Source: Verrucomicrobiota bacterium (lineage in GTDB: Bacteria; Verrucomicrobiota; Verrucomicrobiia; Verrucomicrobiales; DEV007). Taken from it: a stretch of DNA of 64,000 bases. A program made the translations under genes and the position numbers. The stretch is taken from positions 1 through 64,000 of the forward strand of contig JASFYY010000038.1 in the NCBI GenBank assembly GCA_045046875.1, written 5' to 3'. Of this stretch, positions 22,105 to 31,407 are shown in pieces; position 1 is the first letter of the stretch; each line of letters opens with the position of its first letter. The notes below the pieces were generated by a model. The model was given only the letters and a program-made list of their open reading frames with translations, was not told where the DNA came from and ran no database searches.

Positions 22105-23148
22105 ATGCAACGCCCACCTACATCCATCTCATGCAGTGCTCTAGCTTTGACCCTGCTGCTGCTCTTCCTGCCCCACCCCGTTTACGCTCAACGCTCTTCC
22201 CTGCCCAAATGGAAACAACGGCGCTCGGCTTTGCCTCAAGTTCACATCGTTGATGAATTTCGGATTTATTACACCCGCCAAGGCAATGACGCACTTCCAG
22301 AAATTCAGGATCTCAACAACAACGCCATCCCCGATCGAATCGAAAATATCGCCCTGCAACTGACCACGGCACGCGAGCTTTACACCCACGTATTAAAACT
22401 GCGGCACCCACTTGAAAGCCCTCGTTACAAAAACCAAGCCCGATTCATTGATGTGAATGTCGGATCGCTGCCTTTATCCCCGACCTTCGACGCCGAAAAA
22501 ATCAAGGGTAATGGCTCCGCCGGTGATGAAGTGATCAACTACTATCGCCCCAGCGATCCCGAAGCCGGAATCCAGGTTCTCACCATGGATATCTCTAAAA
22601 CGCTGGGCCACAAAAACCTGACTCCCGCGCACGAACTGTTTCACTTGTTCCAATCCTCTTACACCATGTTCAAAAACAGTTGGTTCACTGAAGGAACCGC
22701 TCGTTGGACGGAGTTCGCTTTCCGCGAAGGGAGTGGACGACCTAAAGACCTGCCACTCACAAAATCAGAGCAGGAAAAGCTATTCGCGATGAAATACGAT
22801 GCAGAAGGTTTTTGGAGCGGACTCGCCCAAGCCGCCTTTCCTCAAAAACCAATCAATGTGCCTGCGGAACTGCTTCGCCGCACCTACGTCGGCAGCAAGG
22901 ATCCGGTCATTCGTGATACCAAGTTTCACGGGGCTTTATTAATCCTACCTCTATTGCAAGCACTCGACAAAACCGATGACCGTGTGACTGCAAAGTTGAA
23001 ACTCAAGCCTTTTGGTTGGTCTGAAACACAGCAACGATCAGCCGACAACAATCCCTATATCTGGTCAGCCATTGTTGATATCGTAGCCAAGCAAGCTTCA
23101 ACCTCATCTGCCCTGCGCTCTATGATTAAAAACTTGCCGCCAAATTAG
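22105..23148 (+). CDS. Exported zinc metallopeptidase-like protein (HExxH...E)
   Basis: Signal peptide; AHELFHLFQ followed by WFTEGTA (gluzincin-type third ligand); DLNNNAIPD Ca-binding-like loop. Confidence 0.7.
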   Translation: MQRPPTSISCSALALTLLLLFLPHPVYAQRSSLPKWKQRRSALPQVHIVDEFRIYYTRQGNDALPEIQDLNNNAIPDRIENIALQLTTARELYTHVLKLRHPLESPRYKNQARFIDVNVGSLPLSPTFDAEKIKGNGSAGDEVINYYRPSDPEAGIQVLTMDISKTLGHKNLTPAHELFHLFQSSYTMFKNSWFTEGTARWTEFAFREGSGRPKDLPLTKSEQEKLFAMKYDAEGFWSGLAQAAFPQKPINVPAELLRRTYVGSKDPVIRDTKFHGALLILPLLQALDKTDDRVTAKLKLKPFGWSETQQRSADNNPYIWSAIVDIVAKQASTSSALRSMIKNLPPN

Positions 23149-23192
23149 AATAACCCGATCAACTGGTCACGTATATACGTAACCAGTATGGC

Positions 23193-23221
23193 TTGCTCCG
23201 ACTTACGTCCCATCCTATCAT
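23193..23221 (+). promoter_or_regulatory. Sigma70-type promoter TTGCTC-N17-TATCAT, 7 nt before ATG 23229
   Basis: Motifs and spacing read directly from the sequence. Confidence 0.55.
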
Positions 23222-23228
23222 CATCTTG

Positions 23229-26200
23229 ATGATACGTTATTCATACCTGTGCGGCTCAATCCTGCTATCCTTTTTACTCATCGGCACAAGCTTCGCAGCA
23301 CCCTCTCCCTCCCAACCCAACATCCTCTTCATCGCCCTCGATGATCTCAATGACTGGGTCGGCTGCCTGGGTGGCAATCTCCAATCGATCACACCCAATA
23401 TCGACCGCCTTGCTGCTAGCGGCGTATTGTTCACCAACGCCCACACTCCTGCCGCCGCCTGTAATCCGTCACGAACCGCCATCATGACCGGGATATCCCC
23501 GCACCGCTCCGGGCTCTATGCCAACGGTCAAAAAATGCGTGAAGTCTTGCCCCAAGCGGAACTGCTTTCGCAGCGTTTTCGCAATCACGGTTACCGGGCA
23601 AGTGGCTCGGGAAAAATCCTTCACTATTTCATTGATGCCCGCTCCTGGGATGAATATTTCCCCGCCAAGCAAAACGAAAACCCTTTCCCTCCTCACATGC
23701 CCTGGGGAAAGCGACCCAAGTCCCTGCCGCGTGGCGGCCCCTGGCAATACAGCGAAACCGATTGGCATGCTTTTGATGTCAGTGACGAAGAATTCGGCGG
23801 TGACTGGTTGGTGAGCAAATGGGTTGGTGAGCAGTTGCAACGCAAACACGAAAAACCATTTTTCCTCGCCTGCGGAATCTACCGCCCCCACGAACCCTGG
23901 TACGTGCCAAAAAAATACTTCGAACCCTTCCCCCTCGAAAACATTCAATTACCCCCCGGCTACAAAGAAGGCGACCTCGAAGATTTGCCACCCGCAGGGA
24001 AAAAGCGTGGCCCCAATCGCTACTTCGCCCACATTCAGAAACATGCTCAGTGGAAAAGAGGCATTCAAGCCTACCTCGCCTCTATTCACTACGCTGACGC
24101 CATGCTCGGACGGGTTCTGGATGCACTGGACACTGGCCCCAACAAAAAAAATACCATCGTGGTCTTGTGGAGCGATCATGGTTGGCACCTCGGCGAAAAA
24201 CAACACTGGCAGAAATATACTGCCTGGCGCGCCGTTACCCGGGTTCCTCTGATCATAAAAGTCCCGGAAAAAATAGCTCCCAGCCTGCCCGAAGGCACCC
24301 TTGCCGGCAGTATTTGCGATAGACCGGTCAACCTGCTCAGCCTCTACCCGACCCTGAGCGAGCTCGCCGGCCTGACTCCAAAATCCAGCAACGATGCTCC
24401 CAGTCTCATCCCCTTGTTGAAAGATCCCCAGGCAAAATGGGATCACCATTCGATCACTCATCTCGATACGCCCGACAACTATGGTCTCAGCACCGAAAAC
24501 TGGCGTTACATTCACTATTCGAATGGCGATGAAGAACTCTACAACATCAAAGACGACCCCTACGAATGGAACAACCTAGCGGCGAAACCCGAACACGCTG
24601 AAAAGCTCATCTCCCTCCATAAACTTAGACCCAGAAAGTTTGCTCCGAAAGTCGTTTCAAAATCGAATCCCGCCCCTGCTTCAACCACTCACAGCACACT
24701 CTCGCTCAAAGGCTGGACCATTCAACTGAATGACCAGCTCAAGCGTGATGATCCGAAGGCTGTGGAAACCATGCTCAGCATCCTGAACAAACAGCTCGAT
24801 CGCGTAGTTAAAGCCATCCCTGCCAAAGCTCTGAAATCGCTGCGCACGGTGCCCATCTGGATCAATCCCCCTTACGACGGAAAAACTCCCGGCGCGGCCT
24901 ATCATCCCAACATCAATTGGCTACGCGAAAATGATCGTGATCCCGCCATGGCCAAAGCGATCGAAATCACCAACGTCTCGATTTTTGCCTTCGAAAACAA
25001 ACGCATGCCCTATCTAATGCTTCACGAGTTGGCTCACGCTTACCATGATCAATACCTTGCTTTTGATCAGCCCGAAATCCGCGCCGCTTTCGAGCGAGCC
25101 CGGGCCTCCAAAAGCTACGACAAGGTTCAACGCTTCAACGGTAAAAAAATCGTCACGGACAAAGCCTACGCGATGTCCAACTACAAGGAATACTTCGCCG
25201 AAGCCAGCGAAGCCTATTTCGGTAAAAATGACTTTTTCCCATTTAACAAAAGGGAATTGAAAGCACATGACCCGAAGATGCACGATTTAGTGGAAAAGGT
25301 CTGGGGTATTGATAAAAACCCGCCCCATGCAAAGTCTTCACAAGTGAAGCCGATTATTCCAAGTTCTTATCTGGCTTTTACGACTGACGCGAGCACTCAA
25401 TGCCCCCCTTCCACCAATGGTGGCGGCAAAACCAGTGTCGTCTTCCGCAATAATAGAAGCACTCCGGTCACGGTTTTCTGGATTGATGCAAAAGGCAAAA
25501 GAGCCCAACAATTCACCATTTCTCCAGGCGGTCAGCAACGACGGATTACCTACGCCGGACACGCCTGGCTGGTTGCAGACGATAAGGATGCGGATCTCGG
25601 CCACTTCGTCGCCACCGACACTCCCGCCTGGGCGGACATCCCCGCCATTCGCCTTCCTTCCAATCACGGCAAAGAAAACAATGCCGCGCGCTATCCGATC
25701 ACGGCTCCACCTGCCGAACTCAAGCTTGATCCCTTTTATCAAAAATACCTCAACTTCAACGGCTTCCCCATCCTCAGTTCTGAAAAAGTATCCGACTACG
25801 CCATCCGGGAAGCCGCCTATTTGCTCCAGATGATGCTGGCTCAACGCCCCGACGTGCTCGATGCCATGGCCGCCAGCGGAGCTCGCCTCACCGTGATGGC
25901 ACATAACGAATTCACCACCGACGTGCCTGAGCACGCCCGCATGGGAAAACAAAAAGGTGGCGAATCATCCGACTGGTGGGATCGACGCGCGCGCGGCTTG
26001 GGCGGTAGCGAGACTGATCCCGTCGCTTCTTGTGGCGAGGAAAACCTGCTCTGTTTCCCCGGAGATCCCTACTCCCAGGAAAATATTCTGATTCACGAAT
26101 TTGCCCACATGATGCATCTTCGTGGACTCAAACGCATCGACCCCACCTTTGACTCCCGCCTGGAAAAATCCTGGACGGATGCCATGGCAGCCGGTCTATG

Positions 26201-26519
26201 GAAAGACAAATACCCCTCCACCAATTCCCGCGAATATTTTGCCGAAGGCGTGCAGTCGTGGTTCAATAACAATCGCGAAAACGATTACGAACACAATCAC
26301 ATCAATACCCGTAAAGAACTGATCGAATACGACCCACAACTCGCAGCCATCCTCAAAGAAGTATTTGGCGATACCCAACTAATTTACATCAGACCACCCG
26401 AGCGCAAAAAACAAGCTCACCTAGAAGGTTATGACTACAGCAAATCCCCCCGCTTCGAATGGCCCGAACGCCTGAAAAATCTAGGGCAATCCATAGAAAC
26501 CCGGCGTAATAAAAAGTAA
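23229..26519 (+). CDS. Sulfatase (Cys-type, S1) fused to two HExxH zincin-like domains with a VHL beta-like domain between them
   Basis: PNILFIALDD, CNPSRTAIMTG, SDHGWHLGEK and ELYN..DPYEWNNLA mark the sulfatase. HELAH...EYFAE and HEFAH...EYFAE mark the zincin-like domains. VVFRN...VTVFWID..G.....TISPG.....TYAGHAWLV is VHL-like. Confidence 0.85.
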   Translation: MIRYSYLCGSILLSFLLIGTSFAAPSPSQPNILFIALDDLNDWVGCLGGNLQSITPNIDRLAASGVLFTNAHTPAAACNPSRTAIMTGISPHRSGLYANGQKMREVLPQAELLSQRFRNHGYRASGSGKILHYFIDARSWDEYFPAKQNENPFPPHMPWGKRPKSLPRGGPWQYSETDWHAFDVSDEEFGGDWLVSKWVGEQLQRKHEKPFFLACGIYRPHEPWYVPKKYFEPFPLENIQLPPGYKEGDLEDLPPAGKKRGPNRYFAHIQKHAQWKRGIQAYLASIHYADAMLGRVLDALDTGPNKKNTIVVLWSDHGWHLGEKQHWQKYTAWRAVTRVPLIIKVPEKIAPSLPEGTLAGSICDRPVNLLSLYPTLSELAGLTPKSSNDAPSLIPLLKDPQAKWDHHSITHLDTPDNYGLSTENWRYIHYSNGDEELYNIKDDPYEWNNLAAKPEHAEKLISLHKLRPRKFAPKVVSKSNPAPASTTHSTLSLKGWTIQLNDQLKRDDPKAVETMLSILNKQLDRVVKAIPAKALKSLRTVPIWINPPYDGKTPGAAYHPNINWLRENDRDPAMAKAIEITNVSIFAFENKRMPYLMLHELAHAYHDQYLAFDQPEIRAAFERARASKSYDKVQRFNGKKIVTDKAYAMSNYKEYFAEASEAYFGKNDFFPFNKRELKAHDPKMHDLVEKVWGIDKNPPHAKSSQVKPIIPSSYLAFTTDASTQCPPSTNGGGKTSVVFRNNRSTPVTVFWIDAKGKRAQQFTISPGGQQRRITYAGHAWLVADDKDADLGHFVATDTPAWADIPAIRLPSNHGKENNAARYPITAPPAELKLDPFYQKYLNFNGFPILSSEKVSDYAIREAAYLLQMMLAQRPDVLDAMAASGARLTVMAHNEFTTDVPEHARMGKQKGGESSDWWDRRARGLGGSETDPVASCGEENLLCFPGDPYSQENILIHEFAHMMHLRGLKRIDPTFDSRLEKSWTDAMAAGLWKDKYPSTNSREYFAEGVQSWFNNNRENDYEHNHINTRKELIEYDPQLAAILKEVFGDTQLIYIRPPERKKQAHLEGYDYSKSPRFEWPERLKNLGQSIETRRNKK

Positions 26520-26548
26520 CCACAACTATTCATTCGCATACAGGAGGG

Positions 26549-26564
26549 CGGACATTCCTGTCCG
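26549..26564. repeat. Short REP-like palindrome CGGACA-TTCC-TGTCCG
   Basis: 6-4-6 inverted repeat just after the sulfatase stop. It resembles GACATTCCTGTC-core palindromic repeats recalled from PVC genomes (not verified). Confidence 0.5.
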
Positions 26565-26617
26565 GCAACACCAGCCTTGGGTTGACCTCCCCCCAAACTG
26601 CACTGTATATTGCCTGC

Positions 26618-26875
26618 ATGCCGACATCAGAAAAAGAGGACGCTCAATGCCACCCCGTGATCAACGTGGAAGAGACGATTGGCAAGTGGGTGGGGCGGAA
26701 AAAAGCACCTTATCCGTCCAAAATTCAAGAAAGTGGGAGGGACTATTATAAAGCCCTCGGATACACCGTGTGCCCCAAAGGAGTTTACCGATTCAATTCA
26801 CATGAAGAAGCAGACCAATGGATGATGAAAATAGCCGTAAAACGAGCGAACCAGGTGACGGATCAGCTGACTTAG
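26618..26875 (+). CDS. Small hypothetical protein, putative partner of the downstream nucleotidyltransferase
   Basis: ATG preceded by TTGACC-N18-TATATT-N6; PKGVYRFNSHEEADQW motif; overlaps the next gene by 58 nt. Confidence 0.6.
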   Translation: MPTSEKEDAQCHPVINVEETIGKWVGRKKAPYPSKIQESGRDYYKALGYTVCPKGVYRFNSHEEADQWMMKIAVKRANQVTDQLT

Positions 26876-27357
26876 CTTCCCGCCCGCCTGATGACCAAGA
26901 TCTCGCCAACCTTTGTGCTCAATTAGATTTGATGGAAGCTGATTATTTGGTCATCGGAGGCTTCGCCATCATTCATTCCGGTTATGGTCGGTTCACTGAA
27001 GATATTGACCTCATCATCGATACCTCTGCGGAGAACGAAGCAAAAGTTTTTCGAGCCCTCGAATCACTGCCCGACCAAGCTATAAAACAACTCGATCCAG
27101 GAGACGTTGAAAAATACACCGTAGTCCGAGTGGCTGATGAAATCGTAGTTGATCTGATGAAATCCGCTTGTGGCATTGAATATGACGAAGCTTGCAAGGA
27201 CATTGTTATTCGCGAGGTCAACGGCATCCGGGTCCCCTTCGCTTCTCCTCGGTTACTCTGGCGAATGAAAGTGAAAACCCACCGTGCTAAAGATGAAAGC
27301 GACTTGGTTTTCCTACGCGAATATTTCCAATCCCGAGGCGAACAACCTCCTAGTTAG
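26818..27357 (+). CDS. Pol-beta-like nucleotidyltransferase (DUF6036/AbiEii-like)
   Basis: YLVIGGFA...RFTEDIDLII (GG...DxD) and C-terminal MK..THRAKDESD. Confidence 0.8.
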   Translation: MDDENSRKTSEPGDGSADLASRPPDDQDLANLCAQLDLMEADYLVIGGFAIIHSGYGRFTEDIDLIIDTSAENEAKVFRALESLPDQAIKQLDPGDVEKYTVVRVADEIVVDLMKSACGIEYDEACKDIVIREVNGIRVPFASPRLLWRMKVKTHRAKDESDLVFLREYFQSRGEQPPS

Positions 27358-27360
27358 AAA

Positions 27361-27819
27361 TCAGGACCCATCAGTGGTTAAAATATTTTCCGCAGCCTGA
27401 CGATAACCCGCTGCATAAGCGCCAAAAACCTTGCCTATTTCGTCCCTGATTCGACGAAACGCATCCACCTCTTGCTCGCCTTCCCGAACAGCTTTGGGCG
27501 GATCTTCAAAACCCCAGTGATAACGATTCACCTTTCCTGGGAAAGTTGGGCATGCCTGATCCGCATTCCCGCAAACCGTGATCACCGTATCGATCCCCGC
27601 CTGCAAATACTGATCCAAATGTTTGGACTGATGCGCGGATATATCTACGCCGATCTCCGCCATGACCTCAATCGCGAGCGGATGCACATAACCCGCAGGA
27701 TTTGATCCCGCGCTATAAACCTCAAACAAATCACCCGCGACATGACGAAGAATACCTTCCGCCATGTGACTGCGACAGGAGTTGCCAGTGCAAAGAATAA
27801 GAATTTTAACTTTTTTCAT
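27361..27819 (-). CDS. arsC: Arsenate reductase, LMW-PTP (thioredoxin-type) family
   Basis: CTGNSCRS P-loop, ITVC...ACP and HWGFEDP; lies next to arsR and acr3. Confidence 0.93.
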   Translation of the reverse strand: MKKVKILILCTGNSCRSHMAEGILRHVAGDLFEVYSAGSNPAGYVHPLAIEVMAEIGVDISAHQSKHLDQYLQAGIDTVITVCGNADQACPTFPGKVNRYHWGFEDPPKAVREGEQEVDAFRRIRDEIGKVFGAYAAGYRQAAENILTTDGS

Positions 27820-27838
27820 AGCTACATTCAAAATGAAC

Positions 27839-28180
27839 TCAATTTTCTCCCTCGCAACAATCATTCGATGGTTCCGGCTGCAAACAAAGCTCCGGCCGCC
27901 CTTGGCAGCAGTCATCGCTGAGAAAAGTCATCAAATCCCGCATCCCCTCTACCCGCAATTGATAAATGATCGACCGCCCTTCGCGCCGGGAATCAACCAA
28001 GCCCGAATGCACCAATTCCTTCAAATGAAACGAAAGTGTCGGTTTAGGCAAATCAAATTCCTCGGCGAGATCGCCTGCACAAACGCCCTCATCCCCCACC
28101 CGCACCAAATAACGAAATATTCTCAGCCTGGCCGGTTGAGCCAAAGCAGCCAGCGAAGTAACAGCACCATCAATCTCCAT
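27839..28180 (-). CDS. arsR: ArsR/SmtB repressor with C-terminal CC-x5-C arsenite site
   Basis: [14 protein letters not shown]...[10 protein letters not shown]...RREGRSIIY...[11 protein letters not shown]. Confidence 0.9.
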   Translation of the reverse strand: MEIDGAVTSLAALAQPARLRIFRYLVRVGDEGVCAGDLAEEFDLPKPTLSFHLKELVHSGLVDSRREGRSIIYQLRVEGMRDLMTFLSDDCCQGRPELCLQPEPSNDCCEGEN

Positions 28181-28246
28181 AATCTCTATCAATTGACCAT
28201 TATCTATTTTCAGCCATACCACACAACATCTTTAATCGGAAAATAA

Positions 28247-28374
28247 AACCACTGATCACACTGATTTCCACTGCTTTTTTTAGGGATGGATTTCATGAAT
28301 CCTCTGCTATTGAAAGATGAATAAGTTACATTTTTCATTTCTTATCAGTGCCTAATCAGTGAGATCAGTGGTTA
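28247..28374. repeat. Inverted pair of ATCAGTG triplet repeats
   Basis: AACCACTGATCACACTGATTTCCACTG (28247-28273) is the imperfect reverse complement of ATCAGTGCCTAATCAGTGAGATCAGTGGTT (28344-28373). Confidence 0.8.
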
Positions 28375-28397
28375 TCTATTTATTCTCACACGGCATG

Positions 28398-29489
<1,092 letters not shown>

Positions 29490-29492
29490 ATT

Positions 29493-29539
29493 ATATTTCT
29501 ATTATTCTAGAAATATGAAACTAATATCAACAAAGTCAA
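29493..29539 (-). promoter_or_regulatory. acr3 promoter (TTGACT-N16-CATATT) overlapped by the 9-6-9 palindrome ATATTTCTA-N6-TAGAAATAT, a probable ArsR operator
   Basis: Perfect arms at 29493-29501 and 29508-29516, immediately upstream of the acr3 ATG. Confidence 0.65.
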
Positions 29540-29632
29540 ACCTTAACTATCCTGCTCTATAAAAAATCTTGCGTATCTCCCCCCCCTTTTAAACAGAGAA
29601 CATCATTTAGTTCTAGCCTCGCGCCCCCTAAC

Positions 29633-29673
29633 ATCAGTGTCCATCAGTGTCCATCAGTGAAATCAGTGGTTAA
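29633..29673. repeat. Four tandem ATCAGTG units (9-10 nt period) ending GTTAA
   Basis: ATCAGTG at 29633, 29643, 29653 and 29662. Confidence 0.85.
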
Positions 29674-29688
29674 CTGAGCTATACACCA

Positions 29689-30081
29689 TCAACGAAATTC
29701 CAATAAAACCGGACAAGAGCCATTAGCACTGGCAGCACTTTGTTCACATTCCTTCATCAAGCCCTCCATTTTTTTTCGCATCCGCTTCATACTGCTGAGC
29801 TTTTTATCCAGATCGAGCATTTTGCGCTGCACCACTTGCTGCAGGAATTCGCAGGACTGCGATGACTCCGGATCGATTCCTGCCAGCTGCTTGATCTCGC
29901 GCAAAGTAAAACCCGCAGCCTTCGCTTCGATGATGAAGTTCAACGCCTCAAGGGAACGCTGTCCATAAAGGCGATAGCCATTTGCCGCACGCACAGGTTC
30001 TGATAACAAACCTTCGCGTTCATAATAACGAATCGTCTGGGTGGATACCCCTGCGGCTTTTGCCAAATCACCAATTTTCAT
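29689..30081 (-). CDS. MerR family divalent-metal-responsive regulator (ZntR/CadR/MerR-like)
   Basis: MKIGDLAKAAGVSTQTIRYYEREGLL HTH; three Cys (SC...C-x10-CP). Confidence 0.92.
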   Translation of the reverse strand: MKIGDLAKAAGVSTQTIRYYEREGLLSEPVRAANGYRLYGQRSLEALNFIIEAKAAGFTLREIKQLAGIDPESSQSCEFLQQVVQRKMLDLDKKLSSMKRMRKKMEGLMKECEQSAASANGSCPVLLEFR

Positions 30082-30098
30082 TATTCAAAACATACCTG

Positions 30099-30130
30099 TT
30101 GACCTTATACTATACTATAAGGTTTATGCT
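30099..30130 (+). promoter_or_regulatory. MerR-type promoter TTGACC-N20-TATGCT with operator ACCTTATA-N6-TATAAGGT
   Basis: Over-long spacer containing a perfect dyad (30102-30109 / 30116-30123), the classical MerR-family architecture. Confidence 0.85.
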
Positions 30131-30136
30131 ATTGCC

Positions 30137-31231
30137 ATGAAAAAAGAATTCTGCCCAAAATGTGGAGAGCCAGGTAAGTCCGTAAAGGAAATAACACTGC
30201 AATCCCTGTTAAAGGGGGACGAAAAAGAACGCATAACTGCCCTGCCTTACTTCTTTTGCAAAACCCCTTCCTGCCCAGTGGTTTATTTCAACCCGTCCGG
30301 TGTTTCGATTTTTGAAAAAAACAGCCTCAAGGTTCGTGTCGGAATCAAAGAAAACAAAGCTCCTCGCCCTGTGTGTTATTGCTTCGATCACAGCATCGAA
30401 GAAATCGAAGCACAAGTTGAGACCACCGGTGAAAGCACTGTGCTCGACGACATTGCTACCCGAATGAAGGACGAGTGCTGGTGTGAAACCAAAAGTCCAA
30501 TGGGATCGTGTTGCATGTCCACTGTCAGTAAGCACATCAAAACTGCAAAAGAAAAAGCAGGACAAACTACAGAATTTTGCAGCGCACTTCCTGAACCCAC
30601 CGCCGATTCTAAGAGCACATTTGGAATTCTCGCCACACTTGGAGCTGTGCTCACAGCCATACTGTCCTCCGCTTGCTGCTGGCTCCCCCTACTACTGATC
30701 GCCTTCGGTGCATCAGCAGTCGGTGTATCAGGATTTTTCGAATCCTACCGCTTCTGGTTCCTTGCTGCCACCATCATCCTGCTGGCGAGTGGGTTTTATC
30801 TGCTTTATTTCCGCCAGGAAAAATGTACCCCAGCTGACTGCTGCTCACCCCTCAATCCAAAACTCCAACGTTTCAACAAAATTCTGTTGTGGTGTGCCAC
30901 CATCGCGGTTGCCTTGTTCAGCGTTTCTCCTAGCTCCCTTGGATTTTTTCTGAACGATCCTAATCCGAAAACAGAAATTTCATATAACCAAAAACAAATA
31001 ACTCTTAAGATAGAAGGCATGACCTGCAAATCCTGTATCTACCCCATCCAAACCCAATTACTGAAAGTGGAAGGGATCACTTCTGCAAAAGTCGATTTTG
31101 ACAAAGCCACGGCTGTCATCACCACTAACAAAAAAAACATAGCACCCCAAAAAGATTTATTGCAGGCAGTCAAAAACGCCGGGTTTAAGGCGGTTTTTCA
31201 AAAACCGATAACACCTTCCCCGCCAGAATAG
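30137..31231 (+). CDS. Fusion of a CopZ N-terminal Zn/[2Fe-2S]-like domain, a MerT-like membrane domain and an HMA (MerP-like) domain
   Basis: CPKC...FCKTPSCPVVYF...VCYCF...CWCETKSPMGSCC; SSACCWLPLL and further TM segments with CTPADCC; C-terminal GMTCKSC. Confidence 0.85.
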   Translation: MKKEFCPKCGEPGKSVKEITLQSLLKGDEKERITALPYFFCKTPSCPVVYFNPSGVSIFEKNSLKVRVGIKENKAPRPVCYCFDHSIEEIEAQVETTGESTVLDDIATRMKDECWCETKSPMGSCCMSTVSKHIKTAKEKAGQTTEFCSALPEPTADSKSTFGILATLGAVLTAILSSACCWLPLLLIAFGASAVGVSGFFESYRFWFLAATIILLASGFYLLYFRQEKCTPADCCSPLNPKLQRFNKILLWCATIAVALFSVSPSSLGFFLNDPNPKTEISYNQKQITLKIEGMTCKSCIYPIQTQLLKVEGITSAKVDFDKATAVITTNKKNIAPQKDLLQAVKNAGFKAVFQKPITPSPPE

Positions 31232-31407
31232 CAGTTGGGCAAATACCATAACCTCAAGTAACCTAAACTCCAAACCTGCTCATCTTGGAGCCGCGGATAA
31301 AATAAACCACCCCAAATTATTTATCTCTTTGGTCTCACCTACATGCAAATCCCCTCAAACAGTTGGAATCTCTCGTTTCAGCAATTTAGCAATCGCACAT
31401 TCACTCG

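Noticed and set aside
24690..26519. Anthrax lethal factor-like toxin
   Set aside because: Only the generic HExxH...EYFAE zincin signature is shared; there are no delivery components.
29633..29673. Short repeats as CRISPR or iterons
   Set aside because: The 7-bp units with 2-3 nt gaps have no unique spacers, and there is no rep gene.
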